Shown: piece by piece, positions 1 through 8,536 of the stretch
How the letters are laid out: the number at the start of each line of letters is the position of its first letter
How positions within the stretch are numbered: position 1 is the first letter of the stretch
From: an uncultured bacterium
Lineage (GTDB): Bacteria > Acidobacteriota > HRBIN11 > JAKEFK01
Reading direction: 5' to 3'
Assembly: GCA_963777505.1 (NCBI GenBank)
Contig: CAVZQN010000003.1
Location: 347,932 to 411,931, forward strand
Length of the DNA: 64,000 bases
The notes under the pieces: model-generated
The model's database searches: none
Seen by the model: only the letters and a program-made list of their open reading frames with translations
Told to the model about the DNA's origin: nothing
Position numbers and translations under genes: made by a program

Positions 1-1
1 A

Positions 2-1081
2 GCAGACCGCCAGCCCGAATTCACGCAAATCGATATCGAAATGTCATTTGTTGAAATGGACAATGTAATTGCACTCGTAGAGCCATTGATTCAGCGTATT
101 TTCTCGGCTGCCGGTTATGACATCAGCATTCCATTTCGAAGAATTCCTTACGATGAAGCGATGAACCGATTTGGTTCGGATAAACCGGACCTCCGTTTCG
201 GCGCGGAAATTCAAGATGTAAGTAATTGGGCATCACAAACAGCATTCCGTATATTTCAACAAGCGGAACGCGTAAAGGCGATTGTTGCGCCTCAGCTTGG
301 CCGGTATTCGCGAAAAGATCTGGATCAATTGGATGTAAAAGGCAAGGAGTTTGGAGCTGCCGGTCTGATCTGGATCAAGAAAACGCAGGAAGGATTTCAG
401 TCATCAATCTTAAAAGCGGTCGGAGAAGAAAAAATTGCCGAAGTGTGGAAGCAAGTCGCTGCGGCCGATTCCGATCTTGTATTACTGGTGGCAGGCGGCA
501 ACGACGTTGTGAATTCTGCTCTAGGCCAAATGCGGATTTATCTCTCGAGACAGGAAAAATGGTTACGACCTGAGGATTATCAATTTGCATGGATTTATCA
601 GTTCCCCCTCTTTGAATTTGATAAAGAAGACAACAGATATGTGTCGTGCCATCATCCATTTACGTCCCCTATGCCCGAATGGAAAGAAAAGCTTGAGGAG
701 AGTCCAGAAAAAGCTATTGCACAAGCCTATGATGTAGTGTGTAATGGATATGAAATTGGGGGAGGGAGTATTAGGATACACGATCCCGCCGTTCAGTCGC
801 GTGTTTTTAAAACACTCAGTTTAAGCCGAGAAGAAGCACAGCAGAAGTTTGGATTTTTGCTGGATGCACTTTCTTTTGGAGCTCCTCCTCATGGAGGAAT
901 CGCTCTTGGTATGGATCGTCTTGCAATGTTACTTGCAGGCGAAGAGTCAATTCGCGAAGTCATCGCTTTTCCAAAAACCAGCAGTGCAGTTGACCTAATG
1001 TCAGATTCTCCTTCTGAGGTCTCACCTCGACAATTGAAAGATCTGCATATCTCCATTAAAAAAGATGAAAGTAAGCAATAA
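2..1081 (+). CDS. aspS: Aspartate--tRNA ligase, C-terminal catalytic part (5' end lies outside the window)
   Basis: The reading frame is open from base 2 (..PEFTQIDIEMSFVEMD..). Class II aaRS motifs are present: FRIFQQAER, GGSIRIHD, GMDRLAMLL. Confidence 0.9.
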   Translation, partial: ADRQPEFTQIDIEMSFVEMDNVIALVEPLIQRIFSAAGYDISIPFRRIPYDEAMNRFGSDKPDLRFGAEIQDVSNWASQTAFRIFQQAERVKAIVAPQLGRYSRKDLDQLDVKGKEFGAAGLIWIKKTQEGFQSSILKAVGEEKIAEVWKQVAAADSDLVLLVAGGNDVVNSALGQMRIYLSRQEKWLRPEDYQFAWIYQFPLFEFDKEDNRYVSCHHPFTSPMPEWKEKLEESPEKAIAQAYDVVCNGYEIGGGSIRIHDPAVQSRVFKTLSLSREEAQQKFGFLLDALSFGAPPHGGIALGMDRLAMLLAGEESIREVIAFPKTSSAVDLMSDSPSEVSPRQLKDLHISIKKDESKQ

Positions 1082-2036
1082 CACACGCGTCGAGGCCTTA
1101 TATCTTGACCGCATCAGCCGATTATCTTCATCGATGGCAAGTGTCATCCGCGGAAAACACGAGGCAATTCAGTTGACACTGACCACTCTTCTTTCAGGAG
1201 GACATCTTCTGATTGAAGATGTTCCAGGAATCGGGAAAACAATGCTAGCGCAAACTCTTGCGCGATCTATTTCGTGCGATTTTCATCGGATTCAGTTCAC
1301 TTCAGACTTAATGCCTTCTGATATTACAGGCGTATCAATTTGGAATTCGCGGGATCAGGAATTCGTTTTTAAAGCCGGTCCGATTTTTTCAAACATTGTG
1401 CTGGCAGATGAAATTAATCGCGGCTCTCCGAAAACTCAAAGCGCTTTGCTTGAAGCAATGAGTGAATTTCAGGTAACAGTTGACAACCTTACATATGAGC
1501 TGTCACGGCCATATATGGTAATCGCTACTCAAAATCCTGCCGAACATTATGGAACATATCCATTACCCGAGTCTCAGTTAGACCGGTTCTTGATGCGGAT
1601 CCGGATTGGATATCCTGATGAGATGCGCGAAAAGGAGATTATTCGAAGTCAGGAATTTGAGCATCCATTAAATAAAGTACAGCATGTTCTTGAGCGAAAT
1701 GAAGTGATCATGTTTCAAGAACAGGTGAAGAATGTACTTGTTGAGGATACTGTTCTTTCTTACTTACTGAGCATTGTCACTGCAACCCGGAACTCACCGC
1801 TGATCTCGGTCGGGTGCAGCCCTCGCGGTTCGCTTTATTATTTCCGTGCAGCACAGGCTCATGCATTCTTAAAAGGCCGCGACTATGTCATTCCCGATGA
1901 TATTAAAAGTTTGTCGATCCCATTGCTTGCACATCGGATCCTGTTAAAATCATCAACTGTATTCCAGGACCAACGTTCTGAAGAGGCTGAAAGGGTTATC
2001 CGTCAGATTGTGGATACCGTGTCTGTGCCGCTTTGA
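1065..2036 (+). CDS. MoxR-family AAA+ ATPase
   Basis: Walker A DVPGIGKT, SDITG and ADEINR motifs are typical of MoxR/RavA. The start overlaps the aspS stop. Confidence 0.85.
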   Translation: MKVSNNTRVEALYLDRISRLSSSMASVIRGKHEAIQLTLTTLLSGGHLLIEDVPGIGKTMLAQTLARSISCDFHRIQFTSDLMPSDITGVSIWNSRDQEFVFKAGPIFSNIVLADEINRGSPKTQSALLEAMSEFQVTVDNLTYELSRPYMVIATQNPAEHYGTYPLPESQLDRFLMRIRIGYPDEMREKEIIRSQEFEHPLNKVQHVLERNEVIMFQEQVKNVLVEDTVLSYLLSIVTATRNSPLISVGCSPRGSLYYFRAAQAHAFLKGRDYVIPDDIKSLSIPLLAHRILLKSSTVFQDQRSEEAERVIRQIVDTVSVPL

Positions 2037-2063
2037 TCTTCCGTTTCTAAGAGGTAAAAATAT

Positions 2064-2868
2064 ATGGGACAAATTGGGGATACTGCATTCGCAGAAGCAG
2101 TCGTTGCTACAAAGAAAGATGCAAAACTAGTCGCTGCCGCAAAGAATGACCGGACAAACTCTCCTTCATCGCTGTATCGTGAATTTGAAAAACTACCGGT
2201 AGAAAGAAGACGGGATATCATTGCCCAGATTTCTGCTGAGAATTTTGTAGCAGCTCAATGGAAAATTGTTTTTCCTTTGAACAATTTTTCCGCCGAAGCT
2301 CTGCCGCATGCACTCCTTGCCGCCGGCAAAGGCGTTGTTTTTTACGCGCGATGAAGATTCTGTGCGAGAAACAGTTCGAGCAATCAAAATTTATGAGCGA
2401 AGTCCTTATTTGAAAAATATTGCCTCAAATTTGGCTCATGCTGCTGAAACGGGAAGTGATTTAGGAAAAGTTGGTCCAATTTTGACCGAGCCATCTTTGT
2501 ATGGACTGCTTAAAGATCTCGAACCATCCAACCCAAACTCAGAACGTATCGTGGATGCTGTTTGCAGAATCGCAGGCTACACACGCAGCTTGGACAGCGC
2601 CCTTGCTGCCACAAAATTCTTATTCGCACGCAGACATTTTGCTTATCTTCCCGAGCTTGCTTCCCTTGTCGAAAATGCAATTTTTCTTGCTCGTGACCAA
2701 CGAAGCGTCAAACAGATTCTGGATGGATTCACCGCAGGTTCAATCGATGTGGTGATGCAACGGCAAACGGGCAATAAGAGTGCACTTTCTGCCATTAGCG
2801 ATATCGCCTGGAAATCACGAAACTGGAAAACGATCCGCGATCATCTTCAAGAATATCTGGCGAGTTAA
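2064..2868 (+). CDS. Hypothetical alpha-helical protein of about 270 aa, apparently split by a +1 frameshift at the T6 run near 2336-2354
   Basis: Two overlapping ORFs (2064-2354 in frame 0, 2308-2868 in frame 1) read as one continuous helical protein. It lies immediately downstream of the MoxR ATPase. Confidence 0.4.
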
Positions 2869-2875
2869 CACTCAA

Positions 2876-3667
2876 TTATTCAGGTTTCATCGCGAAGAAT
2901 ACTTTTCTGTAGTTAGTCGCAAGTGGATGCGTGGAAAGAATTGGCGGAAACAAAACATTCTTCAGCACCATTGACTCTTCGAAACTCTTTTCATCAATGA
3001 CGGTTACTTGAAACCCTGCAGCTTGAACAATCTCCGAAAAATTAGCGCCGTAAATTCGCAAATGATCTGACTGGCCAAAGACTCGTTCGCGATCTGCAGG
3101 ATCAGTAATAGTCGAATCCTCATAGGTATCGGCTAGTCCATCTTTTTGAGGTACCGTAAGGATTGCATAACCTTGCGGACGCAAAATGCGGAATATTTCT
3201 TGTAAGGCCAGATGATCATTTGAAACGTGCTCCAATACATCGCACGCAACCACAGTGTCGTACTTTTCTTCCTTCAATTGCTTCATGTTTGTAATGTCCA
3301 ATTTCAGGTCAGCCGAATCGTCCACATTCGCGGTGACATAACTCGCTGAAGATTTTCTAATTAATTTTGCGAGTACTGTTTCCGGAGCAAAATGTAGCAC
3401 ATCTTTACCACGGATTAACTTTTCCATGGAAAGGCTTTGATTTTTTTGTAAAGCCGCTGCCAGCAGGCGATGCCTTATCTCTGAACGGCATTTCCAGCAA
3501 ATTGTGTATGGATGCCAGTTATCGCTATCAAAATGCCGGCCTGTCCATCCGCAGATGTTACATTCAACCTTTTTAGGAAAACTGATTTGAGCCGCAAACG
3601 CGGCGGACTTTAACTTTCGGATAACACGGTCGACTAAATTCAGACTCACCCTCGCTATTGAGTTCAA
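2876..3667 (-). CDS. Class I SAM-dependent methyltransferase with an N-terminal Cys4 zinc ribbon
   Basis: The CNICGW..CWKC ribbon is followed by a Methyltransf_11-like core (VLHFAPE.., DTVVACDVLEHV). Confidence 0.75.
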   Translation of the reverse strand: MNSIARVSLNLVDRVIRKLKSAAFAAQISFPKKVECNICGWTGRHFDSDNWHPYTICWKCRSEIRHRLLAAALQKNQSLSMEKLIRGKDVLHFAPETVLAKLIRKSSASYVTANVDDSADLKLDITNMKQLKEEKYDTVVACDVLEHVSNDHLALQEIFRILRPQGYAILTVPQKDGLADTYEDSTITDPADRERVFGQSDHLRIYGANFSEIVQAAGFQVTVIDEKSFEESMVLKNVLFPPILSTHPLATNYRKVFFAMKPE

Positions 3668-3787
3668 CTCCGTGACTGTACGATACCGAATAAGCGCAGC
3701 TTAAACAAGCATCGCACGCTGAGACAAGGATGATTCGTAAAATTCGTCTATAACCACTATCGAATGTTAGAATTATGATTCAAGCCT

Positions 3788-5218
3788 ATGGAAACCGCAC
3801 GTATTCTGATTATTGAAGATGATCCTGATTTTGGCAGGACTGCAAAATCACTTCTTGAGCAAGAAGGGATGGAAGTTGAAACTGCCAAAACCAGTGCAGA
3901 AGCATTTGAGCGTTTATTGTATTCACCCTTTGATGTTGTTTTGCTTGATCTGGTTCTTGGTGAAGAATCCGGATTGAGTATTCTGCGCGAATTAAATACA
4001 TCAGGCAGCACAATTCCAATCATAATCATGACTGCTCATGCTTCGATCGAAACAGTTACAGAAGCAATGCGGATCAACGCATTCGATTACATACGGAAGC
4101 CATTTGCACGTGAGGAAATTCGAGAGGTTTTGCGAAGAGCCATTTCGGCGGGTGCAAGGTCTGATGAGGAAATAAAGCGAGAGAAGACGGGGAAGACGCT
4201 GCCAATAATCGGCCAGAGTTTCGGCATGGTCGAAGTGTACAAAGCAATTGCGCGTGTTGCTCAAACGGATTCGACAGTTTTAATTACAGGTGAAAGCGGC
4301 ACAGGAAAAGAACTTGTTGCGCGCGCGATCCATGAAAATTCGCTGCGTGCTTCAAAACCATTTGTCGCTGTCAATTGTGGCGCTTTAACCGATACGCTGC
4401 TAGAAAGTGAATTATTTGGTCACATGAAAGGAGCATTTACCGATGCTAAGACTTCGCACCGTGGAATTTTCGAAAGTGCAACCGGCGGTACAGTTTTTCT
4501 TGATGAAATCAGTGAGACTTCTGCAGTTTTTCAAGTCAAACTCCTGCGTGTATTACAACAGCGGACAATCCGTCCAGTTGGAAGCAGTGAAGAACGTCCA
4601 ATCGATGTACGAGTTATTGCAGCTACAAACCGTCCAGTCGATCATTTATTGGCTTCATCGTTCCGGAAAGATTTGTTGTACCGGTTGAGTGTAATCAATA
4701 TTCATATACCAGCACTTCGTGCGCGAATTGATGATATCCCTTTGCTGGCTACAAATTTCTTGCGGAGGTTTAATAAGAGGCAAGGGAAGTCTGTCGTGAT
4801 GGCTCCAGCAACAATCGAATGGATGAAAACACTTCCATGGTCCGGCAATGTCCGCGAGTTAGAAAATGCGATTGAGCGTGCAGTTACGATGAAAGGAACG
4901 GGAGAAATTTTGCCGGAAGATCTTTTACAATTCGGTTTGATTTCACATACTCCTGATGGTGTTATTTTGCCGGAGCCTCAGCACGCAAGACCTGTTGAGC
5001 CGGTTTTAGAACCAGGCCCCCCTTCGTCACTCAAAGATGTGATCCGCAAACATATTTTGGATGTTTTAACGTATACCGGGGGCAACAAACTTCAGGCTGC
5101 AAAAATCCTGGGTGTGGGACGCTATACGCTTTATCGTATGGCGGAACGGTTTGGAATTGATCCTGCAGAGCTTGGGCTATCGCGCGTTAAAAAACGGAAG
5201 ACCGGCAGCGATAAATAG
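3788..5218 (+). CDS. Sigma-54-dependent Fis-family response regulator (NtrC-like)
   Basis: Receiver domain (ILIIEDD..LLDLVL), AAA+ sigma-54 interaction domain (GESGTGKELVARAIH, GAFTDA, ESELFGH), and a C-terminal Fis-type HTH. Confidence 0.9.
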   Translation: METARILIIEDDPDFGRTAKSLLEQEGMEVETAKTSAEAFERLLYSPFDVVLLDLVLGEESGLSILRELNTSGSTIPIIIMTAHASIETVTEAMRINAFDYIRKPFAREEIREVLRRAISAGARSDEEIKREKTGKTLPIIGQSFGMVEVYKAIARVAQTDSTVLITGESGTGKELVARAIHENSLRASKPFVAVNCGALTDTLLESELFGHMKGAFTDAKTSHRGIFESATGGTVFLDEISETSAVFQVKLLRVLQQRTIRPVGSSEERPIDVRVIAATNRPVDHLLASSFRKDLLYRLSVINIHIPALRARIDDIPLLATNFLRRFNKRQGKSVVMAPATIEWMKTLPWSGNVRELENAIERAVTMKGTGEILPEDLLQFGLISHTPDGVILPEPQHARPVEPVLEPGPPSSLKDVIRKHILDVLTYTGGNKLQAAKILGVGRYTLYRMAERFGIDPAELGLSRVKKRKTGSDK

Positions 5219-5284
5219 CCGGGAGTTTGACATCTCGGGAGTGCTCCAATAAGCTTTTCCAATTACGGTATCGAGGGGCGTGGG

Positions 5285-6652
5285 ATGAAATCGTTGACTC
5301 CGGGGACACATCTCGGCCGTTTTAAGCTCAGCAACCTTTTAGGCCGGGGCGGGATGGGAGAAGTTTGGAAGGCGCAAGACGTGCGTCTCGGGCGTGAAGT
5401 TGCAATTAAGATTCTTCCCCCTGAGCTGGCAACCAATCCGGAATTACAAATCAGATTCGATCGCGAAAGTAAAATTCTTGCCGCTCTCAATCACCCTGGA
5501 ATCGCTCAAATTTATGAAGCAAACGAAGAATATCCAGAAGCCCCGGATCATTCAAAGTCGACGACCAAAATCTCATTCCTTGTTATGGAATTTGTTGAAG
5601 GAAGAAGTTTATCTGAAATTTTGGCCAATGGTTCGTTGCCTGTCTTAACGTCAGTCCGGTTGGGACGGCAAATTTCAAAGGCTCTCCACGCAGCACATGA
5701 AGCGGGAATTATTCACCGCGATCTCAAACCTGCAAATATCATGGTTACGACACGCAATCAAGTGAAAGTGCTCGATTTCGGATTGGCGCGGCCCCTGATG
5801 CAGCAGACTCACAGCACGAAGCAAGCTCTTCCGGAAGTAACTACGTCCGGAATGGTTTTGGGTACTGCGGCTTATCTAGCGCCTGAACAAATCAAAGGAA
5901 TGTCAGCAAACATACGCAGCGACATCTGGTCACTCGGCTGCGTTTTATATCAAATGACATCAGGAAAAAGGCCTTTTCCTGCAGATTCAATTCCGGAAGT
6001 TCTTGCCTCTGTATTGCGCGATGAACCTTCAGACGTTTCCACCTTAAATTCATCTGTAACTCCACCTTTAAAAACCCTCATAGAGAAATGTCTGGATAAG
6101 GACCCTGAGAGAAGACCAAAGGATGCCAAAGAAGTGAGTATCGCCTTAAAAGAAATTCTTCAGGAAATGCGTAATGGTCAGCCTTCATCGCCTTCAATGG
6201 AACCAGTGCCACTCTCTGAACTTTCAATAAGCCCATCGATTCAATTGATAAACCGCTACTTGCATATGATTGATTCCACTTTCCCCCAAATTACTGGCAA
6301 AGATGGCAAAGTTGGTTCGATTGAGCTGCAACATCACGGTACGAAGATGGGGCTTCTTGTAGTGCCAAAACCATCAGGGGATAAAGTTATGATCGTGGCT
6401 CCGCTTTGCGGTTTGCCTGAAGGAAACTTGCTGCGCGCCTTTGCAAAACTTCTTTCATTGAATAACGGACACACCGATGTAGCTCGATTTTCAATTGATC
6501 AAGAAACCCGAACAATAAATCTGATTTGCATTCGAAATTGTTCTTCGCTAGACACACGTCAATTGAGAGCGGTGCTCGATACGATGAGCACGTCAGCGCA
6601 GCGCCTGGGAATTCCTTTCATGAATGAATTCGGTCTGAAAGAGGAGAATTAG
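5285..6652 (+). CDS. Ser/Thr protein kinase with a C-terminal YbjN-like (T3SS-chaperone-like) domain
   Basis: Kinase motifs GRGGMGEVW, VAIK, HRDLKPANIM, DFGLAR, APE. The C-terminal ~130 aa are paralogous to the next ORF. Confidence 0.85.
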   Translation: MKSLTPGTHLGRFKLSNLLGRGGMGEVWKAQDVRLGREVAIKILPPELATNPELQIRFDRESKILAALNHPGIAQIYEANEEYPEAPDHSKSTTKISFLVMEFVEGRSLSEILANGSLPVLTSVRLGRQISKALHAAHEAGIIHRDLKPANIMVTTRNQVKVLDFGLARPLMQQTHSTKQALPEVTTSGMVLGTAAYLAPEQIKGMSANIRSDIWSLGCVLYQMTSGKRPFPADSIPEVLASVLRDEPSDVSTLNSSVTPPLKTLIEKCLDKDPERRPKDAKEVSIALKEILQEMRNGQPSSPSMEPVPLSELSISPSIQLINRYLHMIDSTFPQITGKDGKVGSIELQHHGTKMGLLVVPKPSGDKVMIVAPLCGLPEGNLLRAFAKLLSLNNGHTDVARFSIDQETRTINLICIRNCSSLDTRQLRAVLDTMSTSAQRLGIPFMNEFGLKEEN

Positions 6653-6654
6653 AA

Positions 6655-7119
6655 ATGCCCAGGTATGAATCCAACCAGGCAATCATTGGACATCTTCGGC
6701 GTACGAAGGCAACGTTTGATGGATTCACTCCTCAGTCTGTTTCGATGGGTGGACAATCCGTCTCCATGCTTCACGGAAAAGTTGAGTATCGTAATTCAAA
6801 AGTTCATCTTGCACTGCTTACAAGACCTGGCGAAACACATGACACTCTCATTTTTTCACTTCCTACTTTTCGTGTGAATGTTTCAACGGCTGCTGAGATA
6901 TTTGAGCAACTGCTTTCCTGGAATAACGGATCAACAGGCTCGGCACATTTTGCACTGGATGAGTTACTGAACTCGATTAACCTAGTTTGTGTACGAGCTG
7001 TTGAAGGTTTGGATCTTCATGAATTTCAGAATTGCATGGATCAAATGCTGAACGTCCGCTTGAATGCATTGAGTCAGCTGCGAAAGAACTTTGCGGCTTC
7101 TTCATTGGAGGAGTTATGA
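6655..7119 (+). CDS. YbjN-like domain protein, a paralog of the kinase C-terminal domain
   Basis: Shared pattern L.S.NNG.TG.A.F.LD....INL.C.R.....LD...L with the kinase tail, and similarity to E. coli YbjN (LSAINASSLTVKAFLDMQDDNLPKLVVCQSL). Confidence 0.5.
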   Translation: MPRYESNQAIIGHLRRTKATFDGFTPQSVSMGGQSVSMLHGKVEYRNSKVHLALLTRPGETHDTLIFSLPTFRVNVSTAAEIFEQLLSWNNGSTGSAHFALDELLNSINLVCVRAVEGLDLHEFQNCMDQMLNVRLNALSQLRKNFAASSLEEL

Positions 7120-7898
7120 AGAAAGCCCTTCTGTTCGCTATCATTCTTTCCATTTGTTCAATCGCATTCGCTGAGATGACTGTCTTTTTCAAAGACGGCA
7201 CATCAGTTACTGTAACGAAAATCGTATTCAAGGGAAATGTAGCTGAACTTTTTCTCATGAATGGAAAGACCCGCAATGTTGCAGCAGACAAAATTGATTT
7301 GAAAGCGAGCGGTATTCCTAAAGCTGAAGGAAGTTATGGACAGGCAGGCCTTTCTTCCAATGCACGCGAAACGCGTACTGCAACCCCGCCACTTATTGGA
7401 GATTCAAAACAACGGCAACTCGCGTTAAAAGAAGAATGGGACAAAGCTGAACAATCGGCTGTGGCCTTAAAAACAATTGGTTCAATACGACAAGGAGACA
7501 TTGTCAGGATCGTTAACCGGGCCGCTTCAGGCTCGACTCCTGCTCCTCCTCCTTCTGATTATGAATCTCTTGAGGATTTTGATGTAGAGTCGCTTCAAGA
7601 AGGTACCTTCATGCAAACGAAGGATGAACCCTTCCTGGTAATCTTCAAAACTGCGGAAGGAATTTATGGCAAGAAACTCTTTGACACGGCAACCTTCCAT
7701 TCCAACTTTAGTATCAATGAAAAGGCCACTGAACCTCCGCCTGCGATCGTTAAAGTTCCTGAACCGACAATAAAGATTCCGAATCCAGAAGAAACTCCTG
7801 TTAAGACTGAACCTTTGCCCTCACCGGAGCCATCGATACAAGAAGAAGAGGCAGCAACAACGGTGCCTGAAGAAACAGAAACACTCAAACAAAAGTGA
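7117..7898 (+). CDS. Secreted hypothetical protein with a Pro/Glu/Thr-rich C-terminal tail
   Basis: GGAGG RBS then ATG. Signal peptide MKKALLFAIILSICSIAFA. Low-complexity PEPTIKIPNPEETPVKTEPLPSPEPS. The start overlaps the upstream stop. Confidence 0.55.
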
Positions 7899-8509
7899 CG
7901 ACGCGCAGTTTCTCGATTGCTCCGCTTTTAATTGGTATTGCAGGGATCGTTCTTGCAGGCGGTGCATTGTTCGTATATTCGAGAAATCGGAAAAAGCCTT
8001 TTGTGAACACTTCACAATTTAAACAATATGAAAACGAACTGCGTGATTTTGAGTTGGAGGTCTGGCTGAAGCACGGACGTACATTGGATCAACTTATCGA
8101 AATTTGTCTGAAGAAGTTTTATCAAGACCAACCTGCCGCGCTGGGGGTTGCTATTAAAATTCAAAAAGGTGCTGATCGTTCAAGTGTCATCCAGTCAATT
8201 GCCAGACAAAGTGGTCTGACCATTGGTTCTGCTGAAGATATTTACTCCGAAATGTTTCACAGAATTAATTGGATTCGTGAAATGATACGCCAGGTTTCTG
8301 AAAAAGTCGGGAAACAACCTCTGACGCATCCTGAAAGTGTATCTGCACCTGCGCAACCGGTTTCACATCCAAAACCTGAGACATCTACTCCGAAAGTGTC
8401 AGATCCTAAACCAGAAACCTCCGCAAAGCCATCTCAGGCCGTCGCCACAACCGGCTTACCTGTCTATCTCCGCAATGCCCTCAAACAGCTCGGCGAGCTA
8501 TCGGATTGA
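7895..8509 (+). CDS. Membrane-anchored hypothetical protein with a Pro/Thr-rich C-terminus
   Basis: GTG start overlapping the upstream TGA (GTGA). N-terminal TM helix IAPLLIGIAGIVLAGGALFVY. PKPETSTPKVSDPKPETSAKP repeats. Confidence 0.5.
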   Translation: MTTRSFSIAPLLIGIAGIVLAGGALFVYSRNRKKPFVNTSQFKQYENELRDFELEVWLKHGRTLDQLIEICLKKFYQDQPAALGVAIKIQKGADRSSVIQSIARQSGLTIGSAEDIYSEMFHRINWIREMIRQVSEKVGKQPLTHPESVSAPAQPVSHPKPETSTPKVSDPKPETSAKPSQAVATTGLPVYLRNALKQLGELSD

Positions 8510-8536
8510 TTCTTTGCGTTTTGTAGTTAAAGGTTC

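Noticed and set aside
226-781. Short ORFs (115, 94 and 72 aa) nested in or antisense to aspS
   Set aside because: They lie entirely inside a well-supported conserved gene, show no motifs, and fit the chance ORFs expected on the non-coding frames of a conserved CDS.
7032-7116. Upstream start at 7032 for the secreted Pro-rich protein
   Set aside because: It would overlap the YbjN-like gene by 88 nt in another frame. The ATG at 7117 has a GGAGG RBS and a signal peptide directly after it.
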